A stretch of 64,000 bases of DNA. Origin: Chthoniobacteraceae bacterium (lineage in GTDB: Bacteria > Verrucomicrobiota > Verrucomicrobiia > Chthoniobacterales > Chthoniobacteraceae). Below the pieces are notes generated by a model, which searched no databases, had not been told where the DNA came from, and was given only the letters and a program-made list of their open reading frames with translations. A program made the position numbers and the translations under genes. The DNA is taken from NCBI GenBank assembly GCA_040081625.1, contig JBEBGD010000020.1, positions 1 through 64,000 of the forward strand. The letters are read 5' to 3'. Below, one piece after another: positions 19,911 to 31,600 of the stretch. Position 1 is the stretch's first letter. Each line of letters starts with the position of its first letter.

Positions 19911-20930
19911 ATGAAGAAGAAGCTCAAAATCCTCGCCCTCTTCGACGCAATCAGGGCGACCACGCTTGACCAGGACTTGAGCGCGGAGCTTAAGACCGAG
20001 GACTGGAAGACCGAGGCGAACGTGCTCGCGGCGCTCGGCGCGCTCGGTCACACGGTCGATCACCTCGCGATCTTCGACGACCTCGACCTGCTGAGGCAAA
20101 AGCTCACGAGCTTCGCGCCCGACGTGGTCTTCAACCTCGCCGATCAGTTCAAAAACAATCGCGCCTTCGACACCGCGATCGCGTCATTCATGGAGATGCA
20201 CGGCGTGCGCTACACGGGCTGCGGGCCGACGGGGCTGACGCTGTGCAAGCACAAGGGCATCTCAAAAAAGATTCTCGGATACCACCGGATCCACGTGCCG
20301 GATTTCGTCATCATCGCGCGCGGCGCGCGCATCGCGCGGCCGAAGCGGCTGAAGTTTCCCATCCTCGTGAAGCCGCTCAAGGAGGAGGCGTCGCTCGGGA
20401 TTTCGCAGGCGTCGTTCGTCGAGACCGACGATCAATTCCGCGAGCGCGTCGCCTTCATCCACGAGAAATACGCGGGCGATGTGATCGCGGAGGAATACAT
20501 CGAGGGCCGCGAACTCTACGTGAGCGTGATGGGCAATTTGCAACTGCGCGTGCTCCCGATCCGCGAGCTGGTCTTCCGTGAGGTGCCGCCCGACGAGCCG
20601 AAGATCGCGACGTATCGCGCGAAGTGGGACGAGGAGTATCGGAAGAAATGGGGATTGCAGAACCAGTTTGCCGAGGGGCTCGACCCGGCGCTCGTGGCGG
20701 GCATCGAGCGCACCTGCAAGCGCATCTACCGGCTGCTGACCATCGACGGATATGCGCGGATCGACCTCCGGCTCAACGCGGCCGGCGAGGTGTATTTCAT
20801 CGAGGCGAACCCGAATCCGATCCTCGCGGAGGACGAGGACTTCGCACAGTCGGCGGCGCGGGCGGGGCTGGCGTATCCGCAGCTCATCGAGCGGATCATC
20901 CGGCTCGGGCTGAAAACGGTGCGGGACTGA
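19911..20930 (+). CDS. ATP-grasp ligase, D-Ala-D-Ala ligase-like
   Basis: 'FPILVKP..EEASLGI', 'EEYIEGRE', 'GYARIDLR' and 'FIEANPNP'; lacks the canonical Ddl N-terminal GGxSxE motif. Confidence 0.85.
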   Translation: MKKKLKILALFDAIRATTLDQDLSAELKTEDWKTEANVLAALGALGHTVDHLAIFDDLDLLRQKLTSFAPDVVFNLADQFKNNRAFDTAIASFMEMHGVRYTGCGPTGLTLCKHKGISKKILGYHRIHVPDFVIIARGARIARPKRLKFPILVKPLKEEASLGISQASFVETDDQFRERVAFIHEKYAGDVIAEEYIEGRELYVSVMGNLQLRVLPIRELVFREVPPDEPKIATYRAKWDEEYRKKWGLQNQFAEGLDPALVAGIERTCKRIYRLLTIDGYARIDLRLNAAGEVYFIEANPNPILAEDEDFAQSAARAGLAYPQLIERIIRLGLKTVRD

Positions 20931-20978
20931 GGCACGCTTCCTGCAACTGAGGCTCGCCGCTTAACAGCCCAACCCATC

Positions 20979-21659
20979 ATGAAACATCTCGTCCTCGCCC
21001 TCAGCTCCTCTCTCCTGCTCGCCGGTTGCGCCGGTGTGAAAGTCATCGATACCCAGGTCGCCTCCAGCGGCCCGGCTCCACGTGCAATTTACATCCGTCC
21101 CTTTGATGTGGCCGCGACGGAATACGTCGGTCATCATCGTGGCGGCAAGGGTGAACGCCCGATTCGCCAGGCTCTCGCCGGGCGCAATTTCGCCGAGTCG
21201 CTCAAGGAAGAGATGGAGAAGATGGCACCGGCGATGGTCATCGAGAGCGATGAGCATCCGCCCCGGCCCGACGCGGACGAGAACGGAAGTTTCTGGCTCG
21301 TGGAAGGCTCGCTCGATGTCGTGGACAACGGCTGTGGACCGGCGCGTGGCGCGGTGCCATTTGGCAAGCTGGGGCTCGGGCGCTCGCGCCTGCTCATGCA
21401 TGTTCGCGTTCGCGAGATCGGCGGGAGTCATCGCAGCGACGACAAGGACGCCGGCAAAATCGGCCGCCGCGGCAACGTGATTTATGAGTTCGACCTCGCG
21501 GGCGGCAGCGCGCTGAGCGGCCACAACGGTTCGATCTACGCCCCCGGCCTTGGCGACGCGGAACCGTTCGATTTCAAGAACGCCGCCGAGCGCGTGATGA
21601 TGGCCCTCTCGACCGACCCGCACCGCTACGGCGTGCGGACCTCGCCGGTCATCCGCTGA
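20979..21659 (+). CDS. Lipoprotein of unknown function (DUF4410-like)
   Basis: Lipobox LLAG-C after a short signal peptide; 'IYIRPFDV' and 'GLGRSRL'. Confidence 0.7.
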   Translation: MKHLVLALSSSLLLAGCAGVKVIDTQVASSGPAPRAIYIRPFDVAATEYVGHHRGGKGERPIRQALAGRNFAESLKEEMEKMAPAMVIESDEHPPRPDADENGSFWLVEGSLDVVDNGCGPARGAVPFGKLGLGRSRLLMHVRVREIGGSHRSDDKDAGKIGRRGNVIYEFDLAGGSALSGHNGSIYAPGLGDAEPFDFKNAAERVMMALSTDPHRYGVRTSPVIR

Positions 21660-21668
21660 CCGACTGGA

Positions 21669-22868
21669 TCAGTCGTAGCGCTTCACATCCCGCGAGCACT
21701 CGCTCACTTCGGTCTTCGCGGCCTCGACCTTCTCCTCGGACTGGTTGCACAGCGATACGCCCATGAGCGTGGAGACATGGTAGTGGCGCATGATGAATTT
21801 TTTCTTCGCCCGGTCGCCGGTGATTTCGATCCGCGTGGTCGGTTTTGAGAAATCGCCGACGAAGTCGAAGTGCAGGTCGAACAGATCGGTCGAGACCAGC
21901 GGCGTGTATTCCCACTTGATGCGCTTGCGGCCGGTCATGTTCGCACCCGCGACGTGGCCTTGCGCGATGGCGCTGTGCCACTGCTCCATGCGCCGCTGCC
22001 CGCCGAAGATCCGGTCCGGGAAAAGCGCGATGTCGCCGACGGCATACACGCCCTTTTCCTCGGTCTCGAGGTAGTCGTTCACGGGCGTGCCGTTGGGATA
22101 GTTGAGCGGCGTGTTCAGGAAGAGGCTCGTATTCATGTCGGTTCCGACCGCCACGATCGCCACCTGCGCCGGGAAACGCTGGCCGCTCTTGGTCTGCACA
22201 TTGCGGATGACGGTGCGGCCCTCGAACCCGTTGAGCGTCTCTCCGAGCAGCATCGTCACGCCATTGCTCGCGAAATATTCCGCCAGCCACACGCTCGTCT
22301 CCTCGTCGAGAAAACGACCGAGCAGCCCTTTGCCACGATGCATGAGGCTCAATTTCATTTTCGGCCGCTCCGAAATGATCGCCGCCACTTCGCACGCCAC
22401 GCGTCCGCCGCCGACGATCACGATCTCGCGCTCAGTATCGAGGATCTCGTGCAGGCCGAGCACGTCGCGCAGTGAGCGGAGGTAGAAAATATTGCCGAGG
22501 TTTGCACCCGCAACTTGCGGACGTCGCGCGCGGGCACCCGTGGCGAGGCACGCTTTCTTGAACTCCACCGCCTGCCCGTTCCCGAGCACGGCGATCTTCC
22601 GCTCGAGGTTGAACTGCGTAACGATGGTGCCGAGCCGTAAGTCGATGTGCTTGCGCTTGAACCAGTCCGCGTCGTGGACGTGGAGCTTGTCGGTATTGAT
22701 TTTTCCTTTGCTGAGGGCTTGCGGGAATAGCTGGGGGCGGTGGTAGGGGAGTTCATGCTCGGCACCCACGAGCATGACGGAGCCCTTCGGGTCGTGCTCG
22801 CGGACGCCTTCGCACGCGCTCACGCCGCCAACACCTGCGCCGACAATAAGGTAGTCGCGACGAATCAT
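21669..22868 (-). CDS. FAD/NAD(P)-dependent oxidoreductase (ferredoxin reductase/AIF-like)
   Basis: 'LIVGAGVGG', 'PYHRP', 'LATGA', 'IVGGG...E', 'YAVGD' and 'EQWHSAIAQG'. Confidence 0.88.
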   Translation of the reverse strand: MIRRDYLIVGAGVGGVSACEGVREHDPKGSVMLVGAEHELPYHRPQLFPQALSKGKINTDKLHVHDADWFKRKHIDLRLGTIVTQFNLERKIAVLGNGQAVEFKKACLATGARARRPQVAGANLGNIFYLRSLRDVLGLHEILDTEREIVIVGGGRVACEVAAIISERPKMKLSLMHRGKGLLGRFLDEETSVWLAEYFASNGVTMLLGETLNGFEGRTVIRNVQTKSGQRFPAQVAIVAVGTDMNTSLFLNTPLNYPNGTPVNDYLETEEKGVYAVGDIALFPDRIFGGQRRMEQWHSAIAQGHVAGANMTGRKRIKWEYTPLVSTDLFDLHFDFVGDFSKPTTRIEITGDRAKKKFIMRHYHVSTLMGVSLCNQSEEKVEAAKTEVSECSRDVKRYD

Positions 22869-22982
22869 TTGTTCAGGGCGTTTAACGTGCCGATGCGGCA
22901 CCCGGCGACAAAAAAATTGCGTTGGGGCAAAAAAAGCCGCGCTTGGCGCTGCGGGCCCGCCCCGCTACATCGCGCGGCTCGC

Positions 22983-24038
22983 ATGATTTCTCTCACGATC
23001 GACCACCTGACCAAGCGCTTCGGAGAGACCGTCGCGCTACGCTCGGTCGATTTGCGGATCGAGGCCGGCGAGATTTTTTTTCTGCTCGGTCCGAGCGGCT
23101 GCGGCAAAACCACGCTGCTGCGCACCATCGCCGGCTTCTACGTGCCGGAGGAAGGCCGCGTCCTCTTTGGCGATGAAGACGTGACCCGCGTGCCGCCGCA
23201 CCTGCGCCACACGGGCATGATGTTTCAGAGCTACGCGCTGTGGCCCCACATGACGGTCGCGAAGAACGTCGCCTTCGGCCTCGAGGAGCGAAGGGTCGCG
23301 TCCGCCGAGATCACGCGCCGCGTGAGCGAGGCGCTCGCGACCGTGCGGATGGAACACCTCGCAGGGCGCAGGATTCATCAGCTCTCCGGCGGCCAGCAGC
23401 AGCGCGTCGCGCTCGCCCGCGCGCTGGTCATCCGCCCGCGCTGCCTGCTGCTCGACGAGCCGCTCTCAAACCTCGACACCAAGCTGCGCGTCGAGATGCG
23501 CGGAGAAATCCGGCGCATCTGCCGCGAGTCCGGCCTCACGGCGATCTACGTCACGCACGATCAAAAGGAGGCGTGCTCGATCGCCGATCGCATGGCCGTG
23601 CTCGAGGCGGGCCAGGTCCGCCAGCACGGCACGCCGGCGGAAGTCTATCGCCACCCGCACTCGCGCTTCGTCGCCGACTTCATGGGCGAGACCAATTTCG
23701 TCGAGGGCCGCACGCTCGGCGGGGATCGCGTCGAGACCGCGCTCGGCGTTTTTGAAGGCCGCACGACCGGCGGCTGGCAGCCCGCCGCCGGCGAGCCGTG
23801 CGTCCTCTCGATCCGCCCCGAGGCGCTGCGGCTCGGCACGACCGCGCCGGACGAAAACAGCATCACCGGCCGGCTGCATGACCGCGTGTATCTCGGCGAG
23901 ATGGCGCAGTATCAATTCGCCGCCGGTGCGCACACGCTCAAGATCTACGAGTTGAACCCGCGCTTCGTGGACGCGAGCAGCGAGCGCGAACTCTTCGCGA
24001 GCGCAGCGGCGGAAGACGTCGTCATCCTTCAGCCGTGA
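22983..24038 (+). CDS. ABC transporter ATP-binding protein (FbpC/PotA-like, TOBE domain)
   Basis: Walker A GPSGCGKT, LSGGQQQR and LLLDEPLSNLD. Confidence 0.93.
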   Translation: MISLTIDHLTKRFGETVALRSVDLRIEAGEIFFLLGPSGCGKTTLLRTIAGFYVPEEGRVLFGDEDVTRVPPHLRHTGMMFQSYALWPHMTVAKNVAFGLEERRVASAEITRRVSEALATVRMEHLAGRRIHQLSGGQQQRVALARALVIRPRCLLLDEPLSNLDTKLRVEMRGEIRRICRESGLTAIYVTHDQKEACSIADRMAVLEAGQVRQHGTPAEVYRHPHSRFVADFMGETNFVEGRTLGGDRVETALGVFEGRTTGGWQPAAGEPCVLSIRPEALRLGTTAPDENSITGRLHDRVYLGEMAQYQFAAGAHTLKIYELNPRFVDASSERELFASAAAEDVVILQP

Positions 24039-25600
24039 CCCGCAACCTCGCGCTCCTCGCCGCGTTTCTCGTCGTGCTGGTCGGGCCGATCCTGCTCCGG
24101 CCAAAGCAGGACACGACGCGCGCCGGGCGCACGGTCGTGGTCATCACGCCGCACAACGAATCGATCCGCTACGAGTTCGCGCGCGGCTTCGAGAAGCACT
24201 ACCTCGCGAAGACAGGGCAACGGGTGCGCGTCGATTTCCGCACGCCGGGCGGCACCACAGAGATCACGCGCTACATCGACGGCGAGTATCTCGCGGCGTT
24301 CCAGAATTACTGGCGCCAGACGCTCGACCGGCCATGGAGCACGCAGGTCGAGAAGGACTTCATGAACGCGAAGGCCGCGCCCGATCACGAAGCGCGCACC
24401 GCATTTCTCGCCTCGGACGTGAGCTGCAAGATCGACGTCTTCTTCGGCGGCGGCGCCTACGATTTCCAACAGGCCGCGGCCAAGGGCCAGCTCGTCGATT
24501 GCGGCTACATCGCCGCACACCCCGAGCTTTTCGGCGACGGCCCGGGACGGATCCCACCCAAGCTCAGCGGCGAGCCATTCTACGATCCGCAGGGCCGCTG
24601 GCTCGGCTGTGTCGTCTCCGCCTTCGGCATCGTGAGCAACACCGACGCACTCGCGCGGCTCGGCATCGCGGAGCCGCCGCGCCGCTGGGCAGACCTGGCT
24701 GATCCACGCTACTTCGGCGAAGTCGCGCTCTCGAACCCGAACCAAAGCAGCTCGATCAACAAATCCTTCGAGATGCTCATCCAGCAGCAGATCGCGGCGG
24801 AGGTCGCCGCGCACGGCGAGGGCGATGCCGCCATCGCCGCCGGCTGGCTGCGCGCGCTGCGACTGCTCCAGCGCATCTGCGCGAATGCGCGCTACTTCAC
24901 CGACTCCTCGACCAAGCCGTCGCTCGACATCGCCGCCGGCGATTGCGCCGCGGGCATGACGATCGATTTCTACGCGCGCTTCCAGGCCGAGGCGGTCGCG
25001 CGCAGCGGCGGCGATTACTTGCGCTACGCGAATGCCGCGGGCGGCACGAGCGTCGGTGTGGATCCCGTCGCGCTGCTGCGCGGCGCTCCGAATCCCGACG
25101 TTGCGCGCGAGTTCGTCGCCTTCGTCATGTCGGCCGGGGGGCAGAAGCTGTGGAACTGGAAGGTCGGCGTGCCCGGCGGCCCCGAGCACTACGCGCTGCG
25201 CCGGATGCCGATCCTGCCATCGCTCTACGCCCCGGAGTTTACGCCGCAGCGCACGGACCCGGACGTGTTCCCCTACGAGATGGCGAAGCACTTCACGTAT
25301 CGCGAAGCGTGGACGAGCCCGCTCTTCCGCGCGCAATCCTTCATCGTCCGCGTGATGTGCATCGACACGCACGACGAGCTGCGCGCCGCGTGGCGGGCGC
25401 TGATCGACGCCGGTTTTCCACCCGCCGCCGTCGCCGAGTTCGAGCGGCTCGATTCCGTCGATTACGCGATGGCGAAAGGCCGCATCAAGGACTCGCTCGG
25501 CCCGAACAAAATCGTCGAGGTGCGGCTCGCCAAGGAACTCGCCGACGGCTTCCGCGCGCAATTCCGCCGCACCGTCGAACTGGCGCGCGCAGGACGATAG
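24035..25600 (+). CDS. ABC transporter substrate-binding protein (AfuA/FbpA-like), N-terminal membrane anchor
   Basis: 'VVVITPH', 'DVFFGGG', 'PRRWADLADP' and 'AREFVAFVMS'; start overlaps the ATPase stop. Confidence 0.8.
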   Translation: MTRNLALLAAFLVVLVGPILLRPKQDTTRAGRTVVVITPHNESIRYEFARGFEKHYLAKTGQRVRVDFRTPGGTTEITRYIDGEYLAAFQNYWRQTLDRPWSTQVEKDFMNAKAAPDHEARTAFLASDVSCKIDVFFGGGAYDFQQAAAKGQLVDCGYIAAHPELFGDGPGRIPPKLSGEPFYDPQGRWLGCVVSAFGIVSNTDALARLGIAEPPRRWADLADPRYFGEVALSNPNQSSSINKSFEMLIQQQIAAEVAAHGEGDAAIAAGWLRALRLLQRICANARYFTDSSTKPSLDIAAGDCAAGMTIDFYARFQAEAVARSGGDYLRYANAAGGTSVGVDPVALLRGAPNPDVAREFVAFVMSAGGQKLWNWKVGVPGGPEHYALRRMPILPSLYAPEFTPQRTDPDVFPYEMAKHFTYREAWTSPLFRAQSFIVRVMCIDTHDELRAAWRALIDAGFPPAAVAEFERLDSVDYAMAKGRIKDSLGPNKIVEVRLAKELADGFRAQFRRTVELARAGR

Positions 25601-25605
25601 GCGGC

Positions 25606-28600
25606 CTACGGTCCGGCGGGCACCACGCGCACGCTGCCGCTCTGGCTGACGCCGAAGAACTGGCCGAGCGCCTCGTCGGACTTTTGCAGGAAGACGCCTT
25701 TGCACGCGGTCTTTCGCCTGCCGGGTTGCGTGAAGCTCGCGCTGAATGCGCCGGTCTTTCCATTTCCGCCCAGCGCGAATGGCAGCGGTGTCGTCACCGC
25801 GATCTTGTTCTTCGTGTCGAGACTACCGCCGAAGCTCAGCGGCGCGGCGAGATTGCCGTCGCGCAGCGCGATCGCGCTGTCGCCGTTGTCGGCATCGAAG
25901 GCGGAGTCGATCCGCGCGTTCGCGCCGCGCGGGGCGAAGATCGACGCGACGAAATTCAGCGTCGTGGTGAAGCCGGGAACGAAGAACTTCTGCCCGCGCA
26001 GGTTCGCTGGCTTGAACCAATCGAGCGTGCCATCGGCATCGGTGAGCGGCTGGTCGCGGAAGCACAGGACGCCGCCGACGGCGCCCTGTTTTCCGTAGAG
26101 CAGCGAGTAAAAGTGCGCCTTGCCGCTCTGCGCGATGAAGCCGCTCCCGGTGAGCTTTGTCGAGTCGCCGAGCTGGCCGGCCTTGATCTTGAACGTGCCA
26201 TTCGTCGAGACGGCCATCGTCGCGGTGCCGAAGCCCTGCGGGATACCGACCCCGACCGAGGTGGGCAGCGCCGCGAGCGTGAACGGCCCCGCCTGCGGAT
26301 AGAGCCGCGTCTTCCCGTCGTAAAAAGAAGATTCGCCGCTGAAGGTCGAGTCGAAGCTGTTGTCATAGACGTGGCCGTTGAGTGTCTGCCCGTCGTCGGT
26401 GAGTTGCATCGCGATCGCCAGCGCCGGTGCGCCTTTGCGCGCGACCGCGACGAGCGCCGAGCCCTGGGCATCGAAGCCGCCCTTGAGCGCCACGGTCTTG
26501 CCGCCGAGGATCAGCTTGCCCGTGAAGCTCCCGGTCGCGCTCTGCTTGAGCGTGAGGCAGCCGGAGGTCGCGAACGGTCCGCCGCGATTCACCAGCGCCG
26601 CGAAATTCACCGCGTCCGGCGCGTAGGAATCGCCACTCGTGATCACGACAGCGGCGGTCGTCGCGGTGCCGAGGGTCGCGCCATTGGTCGGCGCGCTGAG
26701 CACGACGGAGAAACCCTCGGCGGTTTCGAACAGCGTGTCGTTGATCAACGGAACGGTGATCGTCATCGTGGTTTCGCCGTCGGCGAAATTGAGGTCGCCC
26801 GAGGTGGCCGTGTAGTCCTGGCCGGCGATCGCGCTGCCATCCACGGTCGTGAAATGAACGCTGACGGCATCGTCCGCGCCAACCTCGCGCACGACGGTGA
26901 TCATCACGCTCGGAGACGCTTCGTCCACGGCGTAGCTCGCCGGGTTGAACTGGATCACGCCGGGCAGCACGAGATCCCACGTCAGCGTGATGTCGCCGCG
27001 CGATGCAGCGGTGCCGTCCACGGCGATCACGTAGATGCCGCCTTTGGTCGCGGCGAAATTGATCTCACCCGGAGTGCCCGAGCTGTTCGCGACTTCGGTG
27101 AGCGCGTTGACCGCCGCGCCCGTGTAGGCCGCGACCGCCGTCGAGATGGCGCTGCCGGCGGTGGAGAATGTCACCGCACCCGTAGCCGGCGCCGTCCAGC
27201 GGAACCAGATCGACGCGCCCGTGCCGGTGCCGGCATGAGCCGGCTCACCGCTTTGCCGGCTCGCGCCCGAGTTGTCGCCGAAGGCCGTGCCGAACGGACC
27301 ACTGAGCCCGAGCGCGCCGGCGAAGGCGTCGTTCGCGGGGCTGTCTTCGTCGTCGTTGATCGTCAGCGCGACGATGTCGCCCGGGCCATAACCGACGAGC
27401 GCGCCGCCGGTGGCGTCGGTGAGCAGCAGGCTGATGGTCTCATCCCCTTCGAGCAACGCGTCGTTGCTGATCGGCACGCTCGCCGTCTGGCTGGTGATGC
27501 CGTCCGCGAAGTTCACCGTGGCCGGCGACGACGTGAAGTCCGCGCCCGACGTGGCCGTGAGGCCCATCGTGCTGAAGCGCACCGTGACCGCGCCCGCGCT
27601 GCCATTCGTGCGCAGGATGGTGATCGTCGCCGAGCCCGCGTCTTCATTCACCTCCAGCCCGCTCGTGGCGAAGCGGAACACGCCCGCGCCCGTGAAGTTC
27701 AGCGTCACGACGAAGTTCGGATTCGCGCCGGAGAGCGCATTGACCTGAATGAAGAAGGTCGTGCCGGACGCGGTGGAGAATGTCGTGCCGATGAAATTGC
27801 TCACCGGCGTGAGGTCGGCGAGCGAGCTGCCGGTGAAGACGTTGAACGTGTGCCCCGCATCGCCGACCGAGACCGTCGCCGCGCCCGTCGCCGGTGCCGT
27901 CCATTTAAACCACACCGATTGGTTCGGCGAACCCGGCTCACCCGCCTCGATCGTCGCGCCGTCGGTGAATCCCGCGACGATGGGATTCGAGCCAGAAAGC
28001 GTCGCCGCGTTGGCAAACGCGTCGTTCGCCGGCGGCGCGGGCACGACATCGTCGTCGGCGATCGTCACCGCGATTTCAGTCGTCGCATTCGGCGAGAGCG
28101 CGGCGCCCTGCGCATTCGACAGCTCGACGGTGAAGCGCTCGTCGGCCTCGACCATCGAGTCGTTCGTGATCGGGATCGCGATCGTCTTCGTCACGTCGGT
28201 CGGGTTAAACGTCACCGTCCCGGTGCTCGCGGTGTAGTCGGAGCCGGCTGCGGCAGTGTCATCGAACGTCTGGAAATCCACGCTCGATGTGCCCGCGGTC
28301 GAGCCGGTGCGAGTGAGCGTGACCTCTAGATTCCCGCCCGCGACATCTTCCGTCACCGACACGCTCGTGCCCGCGATGCTGATGAGACTGCCCGCCGCAT
28401 TGAGCGAGTAGCCAAGCGTGAACGCGCTCGGGTTGCCGAACTGATCGGCTTCCGTGATCGCGATGACGTAGGTGGTCAGCGCGGTCGCGACGAAGCTCGC
28501 GCTGCCCGCGCCCTGCGCGACGGGTGTCAGGCTGCCGATCGCGGTGCCGCTGTAAACGGCCACGGTCGGCTGCGACATCATACTCGTGCCGCCGAGCGAA

Positions 28601-31600
28601 AAGGTCGCGAGGCCGCCTGCCGGCGCGGTCCACGAATACCACACCGAATTAAAACCATGCGCTGGCTCGCCCGGCTCGAGATCCGCGCCCGCGGTCGTGC
28701 CGGGGCTCGATCCACTGGCGCCCGCGAGCGTCGTCCGGGCTGCGAACTCGTTGTTCGCCGGATTGTCGTCGAAGTCGCCGATCGTGACGCGAGTGATGGT
28801 GATTCCCCCAAGCAGCGCGCCCGTGGGATTGCCCAGGATGACATCGAAGCTCGTATCTCCCGGCGCAGCAGTCGTGTGATGAATAGTGATATCGACCAGC
28901 TTGATGCTCTCGCCGGGCTCGAACACGACGGTGCGCGAAAGTCCGGCGTATTGCCCCGCAGTCGTCGGAGTGTCCGAGATGGCCGGGGCGTCAAACGTGA
29001 CGATCTCCACCGATGCACCGCTCCCGATTCCACCAGTGCGTTGGAGGGGAAGCTGGAAGATCGAGTCGCCGCCGGCTTCGCGAGTCGAGTAGCTCGACTG
29101 CTGGAAGGAAATGATGCCGCCGGGCGCCACGCTCCACCGCAGCTTGGTGATGCCGAAGAATTGCTGCGAGGCGAGGCTGTCCACGCGCACCATGTAGGCC
29201 TGGCCGGCGATGGCGCTGAAGCGGCCCTTGCCCGCGGTGCTCGCCACGAGCGTGAGTCCTCCCACGTCCGCACTGAACACATCCGTGATCGCGACCCTGT
29301 CCCTGACGCCGACCGTGGCGACGAACTCCGCCGTGCCGCTCAGCGGCGCGACCCAGCTATACCAGACCGACCGGCCCGCGGCATCGTCGCTGAACGGAGG
29401 TTCTGTCATCTCAGGATCGGCCAGACGGTTGTCGCCGATCACGAGCCCCGACACGCCGAAGATCGGCTGAGCATTGGCGACGTCGTCATTCGCCGGGTCG
29501 CCTTCGTTGTCGAAGATCACCAGCGGCAGACGCGTCACATTGCCGAGCAACGTCGCACCCGTCGGCGTCGAAAGACCGACGACGAGGTCCTCACTTGCTT
29601 CCACCGTGAGGTCGTCCGCGATCGGCAGCGTCACGAGCTTCAAGCTTTCGCCGGGAAGAAAGGCGACCGTCACGCTTGTCGGGGTGAAATCGCTTCCGGC
29701 GATTGCGTTCGCGAATGGAAATTCATCGGCGGCGTCTTCCACCACGGAGCATACTACCGTCACGGTCCCGGTCACGGAGCCGACCCGACGCACGCCGATC
29801 GTCAGGCTGCCACCTTCCTCATTGGCTATCAGTAGCGGCGGCCGGCGGCCAGTGGGCGGATCGAAGAACGCGCGAAAGCCAGAGAGCTCGAAGACGCCGG
29901 TGGTGGTCGTCTGCCACGACAGCGTAAATGCGCCCTGCCCGCCACCGAGGGCGATATAGTAAGTCGCCCCGGCGACGACGCTGATCGCGGCAGTCTTTCC
30001 GAGCAATTGCCCGCTGACGAACTGGAGCGTGGGCACGCCGGTGCCACGCAGGATCTCAGCGAAGTGCGCGCCATTCCCAGTCACGGTAAACGCGACCTGT
30101 CCACTCGTCGGCGCTACCCACTTATACCAGACGACCGGCCCGAGCACGCTGAACTCGGCGTCGCTCTCGGAGGTGGAGTTGATATCGAATCCCTGCACGC
30201 TTCCCGATCCGCCGGTGATAGTCTGGGCGTCGGCGAAGTCGTCATTCGGAGGCGGTCGGTTATCGACAATCGTCACTGCCGCCTGCGTGGTGGCACCGAG
30301 GGTCGCGCCGCCGGTCGGGTTGCTCAATTCCACCGTGAAGGTCTTCGGAAACTGAACCGTGGCCTGAAGAATGACCGGGACCTGGATGAACTGCACGTTC
30401 TCTCCATCGGCAAAATTGAGCACCTGATTAATCGACGCAGCGTAATCGGCCGGGGCGAACGCGGAGCCGTCGGCTGTGTTGTAGGTCACACTCACGGCGC
30501 CGACACTGCCGCCGAGTCGATCGACCTGGAGGATAGCCATGCCGTCCTGCGCATTCACGCTCTGCGTCGCCTGCGAGAATCGGATCGTGCCGGGAAAGAC
30601 GACGTCGATCGACCGTGTCGCCGAGCCTGAGTTGGTGTTGTCGAGCGCGGTGAAAGTAACCGTGCGAACTGCAGTCGAGGGAGTGGGGTTGCTGTTGAAA
30701 TAACTCACCGAACGCAGCGCGGCCTCATAGTTCGCGAGCGTTGCGGTGCCGGTCAGCGTCAGAACTCCAGTGCCCCCATCGTAGTTGCCGGTGATCCCGT
30801 TCTGGTTTCCGAAGGCCAGGACATCCTCGCCAGTGTTGAAGTTGCCGGTGATCGCGACCGTCGCGCCGGTGAGATTTGAACCTCCGCTGTAACTGAGGGT
30901 CAGCCCCGGATCGATCGCGAGCGGCACCTGGTTCGCGACATACGTGATATTCCCGCTGCTGGTCATCACCACCAGCGCGACATCGATGGTGAGGAGGAAA
31001 GAGCCGCGGCCCATCGTGCCGACCACGAGCACTTGATCGATCGGGTTGTAGGTCATGTCATAGACGACGGCGTTGGGAAACCCGCTCCCCAGCTTGAACC
31101 ACGTGCCCAGGTTGCCGACGAAGGAGCAATAGACCCCGGTATCAGTTCCGACCGCGACGCAGTCCGCGGCGCCGAAGGGGAAGAACTCGAGCGTGTGCAA
31201 CGCGCCCACGCCGGTGAGATCGCCGGTGATATTCGTCCAACTGCCGCCGGTGTTGGTGCTGACATGGACGGTGGACGAGCCGGCCACGAAGACGTGCTGC
31301 CAGTCGTTTCGATCGAGCACGATGTCCTGGATATTGCCGCCGGGAAACGGAGCGGCGGTGGGGTTGATCGCACCACCGGCGGTCGTCCGGACGCGGACGG
31401 TCGTTGAGGACCCGTAGTAGAGCACGTCGGGATTCGAGACGCCGAGGCGACGGCCGCCGTAAGCGATCGGCTTGCCGGTGAAGGTGCCGTTGACGCCACC
31501 GCTCTGCAGCGCCGTGATCGTGTTGCCGCGATCGAGCGATTCATAGGCAGAGTTCGAACCGCCGATGATGAGCCGGGTGGGATCGATTTTGTTCAGCTCG

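Noticed and set aside
19911..20930. Calling the ATP-grasp gene ddl
   Set aside because: Lacks the canonical N-terminal motif and cell-wall context, so the symbol was withheld.
24943..28329. Long antisense or alternative-frame ORFs (e.g. 24943-28329, 33775-37251, 60900-63419, 2595-4871)
   Set aside because: Arg/Ala/Gly-rich shadow frames expected at high GC; they overlap well-supported genes and show no motifs.
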